Under the pieces are notes generated by a model. It searched no databases. It was not told the origin of the DNA and was given only the letters and a program-made list of their open reading frames with translations. From assembly GCF_009914755.1 (NCBI RefSeq), contig NC_060941.1: a stretch of DNA of 64,000 nt. One strand, 5' to 3'. Of the stretch, positions 1 to 14,902 are shown piece by piece; position 1 is the first letter of the stretch; every line of letters begins with the position of its first letter. A program made the translations under genes and the position numbers. Source of the stretch: the human T2T-CHM13v2.0 reference genome, Homo sapiens.

Positions 1-773
1 AACTTTGCATTTATAGAGTCTATTTATACTACTTAGGTGGTTACACTGACATTTTTAACATGTACACTTGACTTCAAGCAGAAAGCTAATCAATAGCTCT
101 TTTCTCCTTCTGAATAATACAAAACCCTGGAAGGGTTTCACTTCGATCTCCTCCCTCCTACCTTCTCAGTGTTGGATAGCAATGAATCAGACAAAGATGC
201 TATTTTCCCCCAAGTTCTGGAACTCCCTGGTTATTTGTTCTCTCCTGCCACTGACAATTTTCCAGGAAAATAAAAATTCCAAATTGACTCAAGAGGAAAT
301 AGAAAACCTGAATAGGTCTATAACCTTCAAACGAATTGATTCGGCAGTCTAAAACCTACCTTAAAAAACTGTACCTGTCGGTGTGGTTTTACTGATAAGT
401 TTTCTCAAATCGTTAAGAAAAAACCACTTAATCCAATCTCTTCCATAAATAGAAAACATTCAGCTCCTTTTTATAATACCCTGATATCAAGTTCAAAGAA
501 AAACAATGGGAGAAGAAAGGAAGTAAAAGCTCCTAACCTCACTTAGAGAATAGGTGTAAAAATTCTAAATAAACATTAGCAAATCCTGGAAATGCAGAGA
601 TATTGAAATATCAGAAAACTTATTAAACTCACCATATCAAAAGAAACTACAAAAAAAAAAAATAGGATAATCTGGATGCAGAAAAAGCACCGGACAAAAC
701 TCGACACTCATTTGTGATTAAAACACACACACCAGGACTAAAGTCTGATAAATTATAACTATTGAAAATTAAG

Positions 774-1075
774 GGCTGGGAGCGGTGGTTCACACCTGTA
801 ATCCCAGCACTTTAGGAGGCTGAGGTGGGCAAATCACGAGGTCAGGAGTTTGAGACCAGCCTGACCAACATGGTGAAACCCCACCCCTACTAAAAATACA
901 AAAATTAGCCAGGCGTGGCGGCACACACCTGTAATCCCAGCTACTCAGGAGGCTGAGGCAGGAGAATCGCTTGAACCCAGGAGGCAGAGGTGCAGTAAGC
1001 TGTGATTGTGCCACTGTACTCCAGCCTGGGTGACAGAGCAAGACACTGTCTCACAAAAAAAAAAAAGAAAAAGGA
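774..1075 (+). mobile_element. Alu (AluS-type)
   Basis: Full dimer with A-tail; TSD-like gaaaattaa/gaaattaa. Confidence 0.95.
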
Positions 1076-1230
1076 AATTAAAATAAACTTCATACTTAAT
1101 GGAAAACCCTGGAAGCTTTTCTGTTAAAGTCAGGAATAAGACAATGCCATTCACCATCATGGTTTCCTTTCTGCACTGAATATATTATAACACAGTGAGG
1201 CAACAAAAAGAAATAAATAAATGAAATAAA

Positions 1231-1513
1231 GCCTCTAATCCCAGCACTTTGGAAGGCCGAGGTGGGAGGATCACTTGAGCTGAGGAGTTCAATACCAGCC
1301 TGGGCAATATAGCGAGACCCTACGTCTGCAAAAAATTAAGAAATTAGATGAGTGTGGTGGCACACACCTGTGGTCCCAGCTACTCAGGAGGCTGAAGAAG
1401 GAGGATCACTTGGGACCAGGAGATTGAGGCTTCAGTGAGTTATGACTGTCCCCCTGCACTCTGGCCTGGGTGACAGAGTGAGACCTTATCTCAGTTTTAA
1501 AAAAAAAAAAAAA
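1231..1513 (+). mobile_element. Alu (AluJ-type, 5' truncated)
   Basis: ggaggatcacttgag and cctgggcaatatagcgagaccc are J-type features; A-tail. Confidence 0.93.
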
Positions 1514-1778
1514 AGGCTGGGAGCAGTGGTTCCTTCCTGTAATCCCAGCATTTTGAGAGGCTGAGGTGGGCAAATCACTTGAGGCTAGGAGTTTGAGACC
1601 AACCCCTCGACCAACATGGTGAAACCCCACCCCTACTAAAAATACAAAAATTAACCAGGCGTGGTGGCACATGCCTGTGATCCCAGCTACTTGGGAGGTT
1701 AAGGCATGAGAATCACTTGAACCCAGGAGGCAGAGGTTGTGGTGAGCCAAGAATGCACTATTGTACTCCAGCCTTGGG
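1514..1778 (+). mobile_element. Alu (AluS-type, 3' end replaced by purine tract)
   Basis: Follows the previous Alu tail directly; ends at ccagccttggg. Confidence 0.93.
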
Positions 1779-2200
1779 AAGGGAAGAGGGAAGGGAAAGT
1801 GGAGGGGAAGGAGAGGGGAAAGGGAAAGGGAAAACGAAGGGGGGGAATGGGAAAGGGAAGGGGAAAGGGAAAGGGAAAGGGAAGTGGAAAGGGAGAGGGA
1901 GAAGTGGGAGGGGGAGGGGAGAGGGAGAGGGAGAGGGACAGGGGGACGGGGAAGGGGAGGGGAGACGGGGAGAGGGGGAGAGGAGGAGAAGGGACGGGAG
2001 GAGAAGGGAGGGGAGGGGAAGGGAGGGGAGGGGGAGGTGACAGAAATGCAAGGGGGACAGAAAAGGGGAGGGGAAGGGGGAGGGGAAAGGAAGAAAAAAG
2101 AAAAAGAGGGAGGCGGAAAGGGAAGGAGGGGGAGTCGGGGGAGGGAAAGGAAAGGAAAGGAAAAGAAAGGAGAAAGGAAAAGAAAAAAAAAGAAAAGAGA
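1776..2200 (+). repeat. Polypurine (GA-rich) low-complexity tract
   Basis: About 420 bp, almost all G/A (GGGAAA, GAGGGA, GGGGA and GAAA units); source of the long P/S/F and G/E/R ORFs. Confidence 0.95.
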
Positions 2201-2343
2201 TTGCAAAGGAAGAAACGGCTGACATATTCATACATTATAATTGTCTACCCCTCCAATCAAGAAACTCTACAAACTATCAGAACTAATAAGACAGTTCAAG
2301 ATCTAGTGATAAAAATTACCAATATTCTACAGTAACTAACTAC

Positions 2344-2914
2344 TGAAGGGGTAAAGGATATGCCATCACAAAACATGCCAGATTGTTATACTGATGATTT
2401 CAAGTTGAAAACATTGGAGAAACTGTAGTTTCAGAATGGACGAGCTGAACTGTCTCTTCCTGCATGCACCAAGCAATAGAGAATCCTGTACGAGGGCTGC
2501 CCTCCCAGTACCAGGGCGAGAAAACAGCGCATATCACCAGAGCCTTGGAATCAAGCCTGCAATGGACTTGACTAAACATCATGAACAGAATAACTCTTAC
2601 ATTTCACCTGTTTTACCCCACCTCTAATACAACTTCTAGTGACTCCGCCAGAAAACTGACTGCCCTTTGCCATATTTTGTTTTGTTATTTCTGATCAAGT
2701 TTATCACTCTATCTAAAAAGTATAAAGATATGTTGCTTTGGCCACTTCTTTGGGCTTCACTGTCTTGTGAAGATCCCATGTACACATAAAACTAATAAAA
2801 TTTATATACTTTTCTCATGTTAATCTGCCTGATGTCAATTTGTTTTCCAGATCCAGCCAAAGAGCCCGTTAAGAGCTAACAAGGAGGTTGGAGGTGATCT
2901 CTGGTTCCCTTACA
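2344..2914 (+). mobile_element. Solo ERV1 LTR, MER34/MER39-like
   Basis: TG...CA termini (tgaaggggt...ccttaca), perfect 4 bp TSD ctac, aataaa signal, MER34-group 5' motif atatgccatcacaaaacatgcc. Confidence 0.8.
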
Positions 2915-3746
2915 CTACAGTAAACGACAATAATCAGAAAATGTAATAAATACTTATGATTAAAATGGCTGATTGAAAACGGGCTGTTTATATCCATGCC
3001 CTCCTAAAACCCCATTAACAAAGCCACAAAGAAGAAAAAAGTAAGAGTTGACAATAAATGAGACATGTCAACATAATTTTGGACAATGGAAAACAAATGG
3101 ATAAATGGCAAGGACTTAGCATAGATGAGTGAACAGAAACCTGTATGTCTTCTTGTATGACAAGAAATCAGCAGTTTATAATGCAGAAGCTCAGAAAGGC
3201 CCAGGAAGGCTCACAGCACAAAGTATCTATGAGGTAAAGACTTAAAAAGGAGGCTGGAGGAGAGCTTACAGATTCCTCCACACCCTCAGCAACTAAGTGA
3301 CTGCCCTATCCCAATGGCAGAAAACAACGGGTTGACTCTCAAGGCAAACTAGTCCTGAGCTTCTGGACTCAGAGACACCTAGAGGACAGGTAACAAGCCA
3401 TACTGAAAACAGGGCAATGAGGCAAATTGTTTACATACTGCAGATTAAGATCAGACCAATTTCCTTTTTCAGGAAGCTACTGCAGGGTGTGATCCAATAA
3501 AACAAGGGAGAAAACCAAGAAAAGGGGAAGACATGAGATCTAAGAAATGACCAAAAAGCAGACAAGAAAGAAAGAAATAGGATGATGGTGAAGGAAGATA
3601 AAGATGACAACTATTTATCAGACTTGAAGAGCAACAGACCAGAACAGAGCAAATAGATGCTTCTATTGAGATGAAAAAACAGACCTGATAGATTATTTCA
3701 TGTGGTGACAGGTGACAGTACATGCGGAAGTTTGTTGTTTTTTCTG

Positions 3747-3748
<2 letters not shown>

Positions 3749-3779
<31 letters not shown>

Positions 3780-3804
3780 GTTTTGTTTTGTTTTGTTTTG
3801 TTTT
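3749..3804. repeat. (TG)n followed by (TTTTG)n microsatellite (Alu tail)
   Basis: Directly visible. Confidence 0.95.
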
Positions 3805-4087
3805 GGAGACAGGATCTCACTCTGTCACCTAGGCTGGAGTACAGTGGTGCAATCACAGCTCACTGCAGTCTCGATCTCCCAGGCTTGAGCAATCCTCCCA
3901 CCTCAGGCTCCCCAGTAGCTGAAACTGCAGACGTGCACCACCATGCCTGGCTAATTTTTGTATTTTTAGTACAGATGGGGTTTTGCCATGTTGCTCAGGC
4001 TGCTCTCAAACTCCTGGGCTCAAGAGATCAACCTGCCTCAGCCTCCCAAAGTGGTGGGATTACAGGCATGAGTCACCGCACCTAGCC
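3775..4087 (-). mobile_element. Alu (AluJ-type)
   Basis: Reverse-strand Alu dimer. Confidence 0.93.
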
Positions 4088-4455
4088 TGTGGAAGTTTTT
4101 AAAGGGCTAGTGAAGAGAGAAGAATTGGTGCAAGGGACAGAGAAAACCAAGTAAATAAAACCAATTGCTTTTGTTTTTATTTATTTGCTTTCTTGTTGTT
4201 GTTCCACCAAAGAAGTAGAAGGCAATCAGTAGCTCAGTTGTAATTTACACTGGCATAATAATATAAACACCAGACCCTGATATCACCATAGGACCACCAT
4301 TGTGGGAGGTGAGGGAAGAGGTTATATATGGAGGAAAGGAAAAAGTAAAGTGTTGGTGGAAAAGCCAGGTCTAATCTTCTGCAATAAGAAGTTCAATAGA
4401 CAGTGTGTAAAATTGGTAGGTAGGGGGATATACAACAGTATAAACATATCATTTA

Positions 4456-4848
<393 letters not shown>

Positions 4849-4971
4849 CCCCAAATGGAGATAAAGCCCCATTGTTACAAGTGGTGGACTCTGAGAAGCA
4901 TTTGGGGTGGAGTATGGTAGGAGAATGCTCTTTTAAAACTCTATTACTTTGATAAAAATAAACATAAACAC

Positions 4972-5534
4972 TGTAAACCGAAAATAAAATTCTAAGTCCT
5001 TCCAACTATCTGAATGGACATCCTCCTTGGCCAGGATACTCTAAAGTTTAACCTGAAAGACTGGTTCAGATCATGAAGGGAAATGGGGATCAGACATGCT
5101 TCATTACAACCCTCCAGCATTAACTTCAACACAGACCTTATGTCTGATAAGAAATACTTACAACCTATTCTCTCTGAAGCCTGCTACCTGGAGGCTTCAT
5201 CTAAATGATGAAACTTTGGTCTCTTATTGCAACATTCCTTTCTATTGATAAGTCTTTCAATCAACTGCCAATTAGAAAAATTTTAGATCTACCTATAACC
5301 TGGAAACCCCAGCTTCAAGCTGTCCCACCTTTCTGGACCAAACCAATGTATATCTTAAATGTATTTGACTGATCATATCTCCCTAAAATGTATAAAAACT
5401 AAGCGGCGCCCTGACCACCTTGGCCACATGTTCTCAGGACCTCCTGAGGACTGTGACACGGTCATGGTCACTCATATTTAGCTCAGAATAAAACTCTTCA
5501 AATATTCGACAGAGTTTCACTCTTTTCATTGACA
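4972..5534 (+). mobile_element. Solo ERV1 LTR, MER4 family (MER4B/D-like)
   Basis: tgtaaaccgaaaataaaattctaag start; ctcagaataaaactcttcaaatatt...ttgaca end; near-TSD acac/acat. Confidence 0.85.
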
Positions 5535-5652
5535 ACATCAAATTTAAAGAAAAAAAATACACCACGCACAATGGCAACAAAACTATAAGTGAGCTATGAG
5601 TAAATATAACTAAAGAGTAAAAGACTTATATGGAGACAATGTAATGTACTGA

Positions 5653-6287
5653 CTTTGGAGGTGTTTGAACCAGAGTGACTCCATCTTGTATAGAGGCTGG
5701 GTAAAAGATAAGGCTGAGACCTACTGGGCTGCACTCCTAGTAGATTTGGCATTCTAAGTCACAGGATGAGATAGGAGGTGGCCACAAGATACAGGTCATA
5801 AAGACCTTGTTGGTAGAACAGGCTGTGCCAAAGAAGCCGGCCAAAACCCACCAAAACCAAGATGGCAACAAAACTGACCTCTGGTCATCCTCGCTGCTCA
5901 TTATACGCTAATTATAATGTATTAGCATGCTAAGAGACATTCCCACCAGCACCATGACAGTTGACAGATGCCAGGAAGTTACCCTATATGGTCTATAAAG
6001 GGGAGGAGCCCTCAGTTCCAGGAACTGCCCCCTGCCCCTGCCACCTTTCCTGGAAAATTCATGAATAATCCACCCCTTATTTGGCATATAATCAAGAAAT
6101 AACCATAAAAATAGGCAACCAGCAGCCCTCAGAGCTGCTCTACCTATGAAGTAGCCATTCTTTCATTCCTTTACTTTCTTAATAAACTTGCTTTAGCTTT
6201 ACTCCATGAACTCTCCCCAAATTCTTTCTTGCATAAGATCCAAGAATGCTGTCTTGGGGTCTGGTTCAGGACCCCTTTCCAGTAACA
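5653..6287 (+). mobile_element. Full-length solo MER41B LTR (ERV1)
   Basis: tttgaaccagagtgactccatcttg start; cattatacgctaattataatg segment; ggacccctttccagtaaca end; 4 bp TSD ctga; 635 bp. Confidence 0.9.
6016..6055. promoter_or_regulatory. Tandem GAS (STAT) motifs in MER41B
   Basis: TTCCAGGAA at 6016-6024 and TTCCTGGAA at 6047-6055, both fitting TTCNNNGAA. Motif match only; activity not shown. Confidence 0.55.
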
Positions 6288-6854
6288 CTGAGATACAATA
6301 AAGAAGATCTAGATCAATGGGAATATACAACTTGTTTCTAGATAGGAAGCCCAATATTACCAAGGAGATCTTTCTTCTCAAATTAATCTCAAAACGTAGT
6401 GCCATTTTAATGCAATAGTTGTTCATAGAACTCAAGGAGGTAATCCTAGAATTCACAGGAAATAGTCAAGGGCCAAGAACATCCAACACAATTTTGAAGA
6501 AGAATGAGGACTTATTCCATCAGATAGTAAAACTTCTTGCAAAGTTACAATTAAAATAGTGAACAGATAGACAAATAGTCCAATGAAACCAGAAGAAAGA
6601 CCCCAGCAACAGAACACACATTTATAAAAACATACAGCAAAGGTGGTCATCAAATCAGCGAGGTGAGAATAGAGGGATTTTTTAAAATAAGTAATAACAA
6701 GATGACAGGCTCCTCAGAAAAAGAGTACAATTGGGCTCTTGCCTTATAACAAACAATAAAAGGAAATTACAAATGGATCAAAGATCTCAACATCAAACAA
6801 AAATCTTTAAAACTTTCAGAAAAGTTAAGACCATATATGACCTCACCATAAGAG

Positions 6855-7149
6855 TTTTTTTTTTCTTGAGACGGAGTCTCGCTCTTGTTGCCTAGGCTGG
6901 AGTGCGATGGCGCGATCTCAGCTCACTGAAACCTTCCCCTCCCAGGTTCAAGCGATTCTCCTGCCTCAGCCTCCTGAGTAGCTGGGATTACAGGCATGTG
7001 CCACCACACCCAGCTAATTTTTGTATTTTTTTGTAGAGACGGGGTTTCACCATGTTGGTCAGGCTGGTCTCGAACTCCTGACCTTGTGATCCACCCGCCT
7101 CGGCCTCCCAAAGTGCTGGGATTACAGGTGTGAGCCACTGTGCCCAGCC
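6855..7149 (-). mobile_element. Alu (AluS-type)
   Basis: Reverse dimer; TSD aagagtt. Confidence 0.95.
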
Positions 7150-8941
7150 AAGAGTTCTTAAATGAGGCATAAAAAGCAAAATCCCTAAAGTAATCGATTA
7201 ATAAATTTGACTAGATTGCAACAAAAAAGTTTTGCATGACAAAATACATCATTAGAAAATGAAGCGGTAAAGCAATGACTGAAAGACTGCGAAATAGAAA
7301 AATGAGCAGAGAATGCACAGGAAACCCACAAGAGAGGAAATTCAAATGGTAAATAAACATTTGAAAACAGACACGACCTGACTAGCAATGAAGGAAATGC
7401 AAATGCAAGTTAAATCCAAGGTGTGGTATTTCACACCCTCGGATGGCAAAAATAAGAAGTCTGATGTGTTGGCAAGGCAAATGGAAATTCTGATACTCTG
7501 TGGGTGGCAGTCTGCATTTGCAAAACCTCTCAGAAAAACAATTTGACACTATTTAGGAAAGTCCAGATGTACATTCTCAGACCCAGATATTTTCCTTCTA
7601 GGTATATGGACCCAAGAAATACCCAGGCCGGTACACGAGGGGACAGGCATAAGGATAAGCATTACACCATTGCTTAGAATGACCTAAAGTGTCCACCAAT
7701 GGAGATAAAGGTGGCCCATGCACATGCTAGAACAGTACGCAGCAGTTAAGATGAACTAGCTCTACATGCACCAACACGAAAAAAACTCAAAAACACATTG
7801 TGTGAAAAAAGTAAATTACCAAGGTATAAATATCGTATGGCACATCTCATGTAAGTTTCAAAACAAGACATTGCTAAACAGTATTTTGGATATACACACG
7901 TTAATAAAGATTTTAAACATGCTCATGGGAAACACATACCAACCCCAGAACAGTGGTTGCCTCCAGGAAGAGAAGGAAAGAAGGGAAAGGAATTGGAAGA
8001 ACACACAGGATTTTTAATGTCAAATAATGTGTTATTTCTGACTGACATGTGGCCAATGTTAATACTTGTCAAATCCAGAGATGGTAATAAGCACATGAAA
8101 AATGTTCAGCATCATCAACCTTCAGGAAAATACAAGATAAAAGCACCATGGGAAACTACATCATACTCCCTAGAATGGCTAAAAGAATTTTTGTTAATGC
8201 TGGCAAGGAGGTAGAACAATAGAAGCTCATACGCTGCTGTGATGAGGAAATTGAAGCAGTGACTTCGGAAAATAGTTTTGCCATTTCTTATAAAGTTAAA
8301 TGCATGCTTACCATATGATCCAGCAATTTCACTCCTACGTACTTATGCCAGAAAAGTGAAAATGTGTCCGAAAAACCTATACACAAATGTTCACAGCAGA
8401 TTTATTCATAATAGCTAAATCATGGAAGCAACCTAAATGTCCATCAATTGACAAAAGGATAAGCAAATTGCAGTAAATTCAACTAATGGAATTCTCATTA
8501 GCAATAAAAAGGGGTGAACCATTGGTACAACAATGAGGATGAATGTCAGACATTATCCTGTGCAAAAGAAGCCACATTCAAGAGTACATACTGCATGACA
8601 CATTTCTGTGAAACTCTAGAACAAACAAAACTAACCTAGAGGATAGAAATCAGATTCAGAAGTGACCTGGAGAGATGAGTGGGTACAGAGGAGAGAAACT
8701 GACTGCAAAGGGGCAAAGGAGAGCTTTCTGGGAAGATGTCTTACACACTGACTAATTCAAGCAGTGGTTGCAAGGGTGTATACATTTGTCAACTCATTGG
8801 CCTGTACGCATGTAATAAATTTCATGAGAAATTATAGCTCAGTAAAGTTGATTTTAAAAATACGAATGGCAGATACATTTGTTAACATCTCTGTAATTTT
8901 CTGTAGACTTAAATATTTTATTAAAAATTAAACAGACTTTA

Positions 8942-9883
8942 GGCCAGGTGTGATGGCTCATGCCTGTAATCCCAGCACTTGGGAGGCTGAGATGGGTGGA
9001 TCACTTGAGGTCAGGAGATCAAGACCAGCGTGGCCAACATGGTAAAAACCTGTCTCTACTAAAAATACAAAAATTAGTTGGGTGTGGTGGTGCACGCCTG
9101 TAATCCCAGTGACTCGGTGATGCAGGATTTTTCTCGGTCCCTTTGCCAGTCAGGGACTTCTGGCTGGCGATGCCAGAGGCCTTGCCCAGGGCATGCTATC
9201 TGCCGCAGGAGGTGCCCTGCCCAGTTGGCCTTCCCAGGCCAAGTCTGGCTTGTGCACTGATTCCCAAGTTCTTGTCCCACATCCAAGAAGAATGAGGATG
9301 CACTGAACATTGAAGTGTGAGGAGGACAGAGAAGAATTTTATTGAATGATGAAACAGCTTTAAATACAGAGGGGACACAGGGGTGGTCCCCCTACCTGAA
9401 GGCAGGAAAGTCCCCCATGTGGCTGGGTCCAGGGCCTTTTATGGACTCAGAATGGGGAGTGCATGCTGACTGGTTTGTGAGTATGCAAAAAAGGTTAAAG
9501 CAAAGACACCACGCAGAAGTGGGCCTGGCAGTACAGAAAACCAATTAGGAAAGGGTAGGTATACATAAAATAGGTGAAGGGTAGGGATCAATCAGAGGAA
9601 AGCACACCAAACAGGAAGACAAGTTCTCAGTCTGGTCCAAGGATTTAAATGGTAGCTTGGCTTTCAGGATTTAAGCTGTCTTCGGCCTGGAGGTGAGGTT
9701 TCACAGGGACCTGCCCCTGCCTACCTAGGCATTGGCTGCCTCCTGCTGCTCTCACAGGGAGGCTGCGGCATGAGGATTGCTTAAACCTGGGTGGTGGAAT
9801 TTGCAGTGAGGCAAGATCATGCCACTGCACTCCAGCCTGGGCAATAGAGCGAGACTCCATCTCAAAAAAATAAAAATAAATAT
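8942..9883 (+). mobile_element. Alu (AluS-type) split by an LTR (Alu parts 8942-9117 and 9755-9883)
   Basis: Both halves are collinear with the Alu consensus; TSD taaacagacttta on both sides. Confidence 0.92.
9118..9754 (-). mobile_element. Solo ERV1 LTR, LTR27/LTR28/MER52 group (LTR27-like)
   Basis: Reverse complement starts TGAGAGCAGCAGGAGGCAGCCAATGCCTAGG and ends in CA; minus-strand AATAAA near 9340. Confidence 0.8.
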
Positions 9884-10104
9884 AAACAGACTTTAAAAAT
9901 ATGGGTTATCAATGGCCTATATTGGTGGGGGCAGGAATTTTTAGGGGGAGAATAAAAAACTAAGGTGGTTTACAATGTTAATTCATTTCTTCCCAGTGGT
10001 AGAGTTGTCTATTTAATAATCATAGTGGTCCTATTAGAAGTCAAAGGGTCCGTTGAGATCAGCTGGTCCTGGCGTCTCTTTTTCAGAAAAGAGGCCCCAA
10101 GTGA

Positions 10105-11640
<1,536 letters not shown>

Positions 11641-13721
11641 TCACTTCATCCTCCTGCCTCGCCTCAAGAAACAATCAGTCACTGAGACTTCAATGAGGTG
11701 TCAGAGGCATGACTGGATGTTGGCTGCACCTACAACATATTGAGGGGGGTCAACTGTGTACACTGAGCCAGGGCACCCACCCAGGCAGGCGCGACCATGA
11801 ATGGGGGCGCAGAGGGTGGGGGTGAGGAGCAGCCTTGGTGCCTGAGGAATGGTGTAGGAAACATCCTTACCCTGGAGGAGTGGAAGTGAATTCTTTCTGC
11901 ATTGAGATGAATACATGTTCGTGTTCCCATGGCAACAAAGCATGCTCACTGTTGTCCATACCTGGAACTGTGTGACTCATTTTTGGCAGTGCAGGAGTCC
12001 CGTCCACAGTCATTAGCTAATCAGCCTGGAATGTGTGCATGACAGCACTGATCATATCTGGGGAGATAAGCGGGGTCTATGAGTGTCCCCCTGCAACTCT
12101 GAAGGCCAGGATTATGTCTCCTTCATTTTCACCCGGCATTCCCGATCCTTGGCATGGTCTCTGTTACCGAACCATTGTTAAGGAATCTGGGTTTGTTCTG
12201 GGCTTCCTCAATCGGCAGAAAGAATGGTGACAGAGTTTGAGTGAAAGCCAAAGGTAGGGTAGGGAATGAAACATGGCATGAAAAGGGAAGAAATTGGGGT
12301 TGTACAAGCTGTTAAAATCACTAGGAACTGCTGGGAGGTGCAGAATTCTGATTTCAGACCAAAGCTTATTCATTAATACACCTTGAAGGGTGGCATGTGG
12401 AAGAAATAATTCTGGCAGATCCTGCCATGGGTCAGGTATAATCTCAGAGTGATTTGGTTCAGTCCTAGGCATTTCCAGGGAGGAGGAAGAGGAATCTTGG
12501 AAGAGACATTACTTAGCCACCAGCTCACGGGAACGCATCACAGATAATGATACTGGAGGGAGCTGAGGTCAGGGCAGAAGAGCCGTGTCATACAAGCCAA
12601 AGCAACCCCAGTGTCCCTACAAAAAGAGGGGGTCCAGAGGCTGCAAGGAGCCTATCAGATCAACCTAGAAAATCTTGAGTGGCTCCCCAGTTATGAAATA
12701 ATGTCACAAACTTGACAAACGACCTCTACTGGGCATCAGCAGAGACTGATCAGGGTCTGTGAAAACATGTGGTTCCCACTTAATTCCTTGGAAGGTGGTA
12801 AAGCTCTGGTGTGCATGGAGAAGACCCCAAAGGGACAATCCACCAGACCAGGAGACTGAGATCTCAGGGTGAGTTCAGCCTGAGCTCGCCGGGAGAGCTC
12901 TACACGCAAACTCACAAGAGCACATGGGTTCAGCTACCCCCACTTCTGCTAAGCAGGTAGCCCTCCCCACAATGACCAGATCACTGATAGAGAAGAACTG
13001 GCCCAGCATGTTTTCTGAGGCACACTCATGATCAACACCAACTCAGTAGCTCTTATCATCAAAGGCCTTCCTTAGGTGGGAGTATGGCATGTGTGTCCCA
13101 GGTGGACGATGAGCTTGTAAGCTCTTGGGACACAAAGGGCCAAGTTTCCTTGTCCACAGCAGCCAGCAGCCATGGTTGCATGCTGCAGACAGTCAATAAA
13201 GGTTCACTGAGTTCACTGATGAATGAAGAAAGGAAGGAAGGAGGCAGGGGAGGCTTTCTGGACAGTTTCCTCAAATGGTTTGCAAGCCTTCCTTACCACA
13301 GGGGACTGAAGCAGTAAGCGTCAGGGTTCCCCGAACACAGCCAGGACTGTTACCACTGAACTCTGAAAAGAAGGCTGCAATGGGGTCCTGGGGGAGATTG
13401 AACATTTCTGAACTCTTTATCATAGAGAAAAGGAAGCAGTGCTGAATTCCAAGGCCCTTCTCACTTCTAAAAATCCACAGGTCTCTCAGAATCCTCTAAG
13501 AAAGTAAGCGAAAATAAGGAAACTGTCTACAAAGTGGCATATTTGGAAGGAGGGGAGGGAGACCCCAAGAGCAGAGGAGTCAGCAGGGGAGCCTTTGGTG
13601 CCCCCATCCTCGCTCCAGCCAGGGAAGACCCACTTCACCTCAAATGTGCACTAGGGTGCTACACAATTTCAGTAAATAAAAGGGAAGAAGGGCTTGGGCT
13701 GCTTTAAAAAATATATGGATG

Positions 13722-13965
<244 letters not shown>

Positions 13966-14579
13966 TGTATATAGGCATAAGGAGTGAGCTAGCACAACCC
14001 TGGCTCTGTTAGGGGTACCACTGGGACAGGCCATGGGTGACCTTAGGAGGGATAGAGGGGCAGGTACAAGACCCCAGGCAGCTGGCTGCCAACAACCATC
14101 ATTCTTGGCTCTAACACTCCAATACTCTGAGCCTCCAGGCTGAGGCAATGAGGGGTTCAGGAAAAGGGGACTCGAGCATCCCAACATAAAGTTCCTTGGC
14201 CACTCTGACTCTTGTTAAATCTGTGCAGCCCGGGCAGGAGGGGCAGTTCCACGCAGCACTAATTGCCAAGCATCTTTTTACGAGGCTCAGCCATGACATC
14301 TAAATGGATTCAAGGTAAATCCTCACACAGCCTGGTGTCTTTAACAGGGAAATAAATCATCCCAATTATACAGGGCGAGCTGCCATGCTGTCTCTATTTC
14401 TGGAGCGGTTGCTTCCCATGCTGGAAGGGAGGGAAAATGCAATGTAGACAAAAAACCCAGGGAAGGGATGTCAAGTTCAAAGGGCCCATTTCAGAGCAGG
14501 GAAAAGCTAGGAGGAGAGGGGGGTTCAAGCTGAACCATAGCTTCTCTGAGACAAGCAGGATTTGAAAAGAGAATTAGGA

Positions 14580-14902
<323 letters not shown>

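Noticed and set aside
68-352. ORF ending KLTQEEIENLNRSITFKRI
   Set aside because: A short remnant of L1 ORF2, disrupted by stops immediately afterwards; not a gene.
1406-2335. Longest ORFs in the window (up to 266 aa, overlapping on both strands)
   Set aside because: They are translations of a stop-poor polypurine tract plus Alu sequence, with low-complexity composition.
11860-11965. Minus-strand donor-like sites (CAGG|GTAAGG near 11870; CT|GTAAGT near 42290)
   Set aside because: No convincing paired acceptor or coding frame; such words are frequent by chance.
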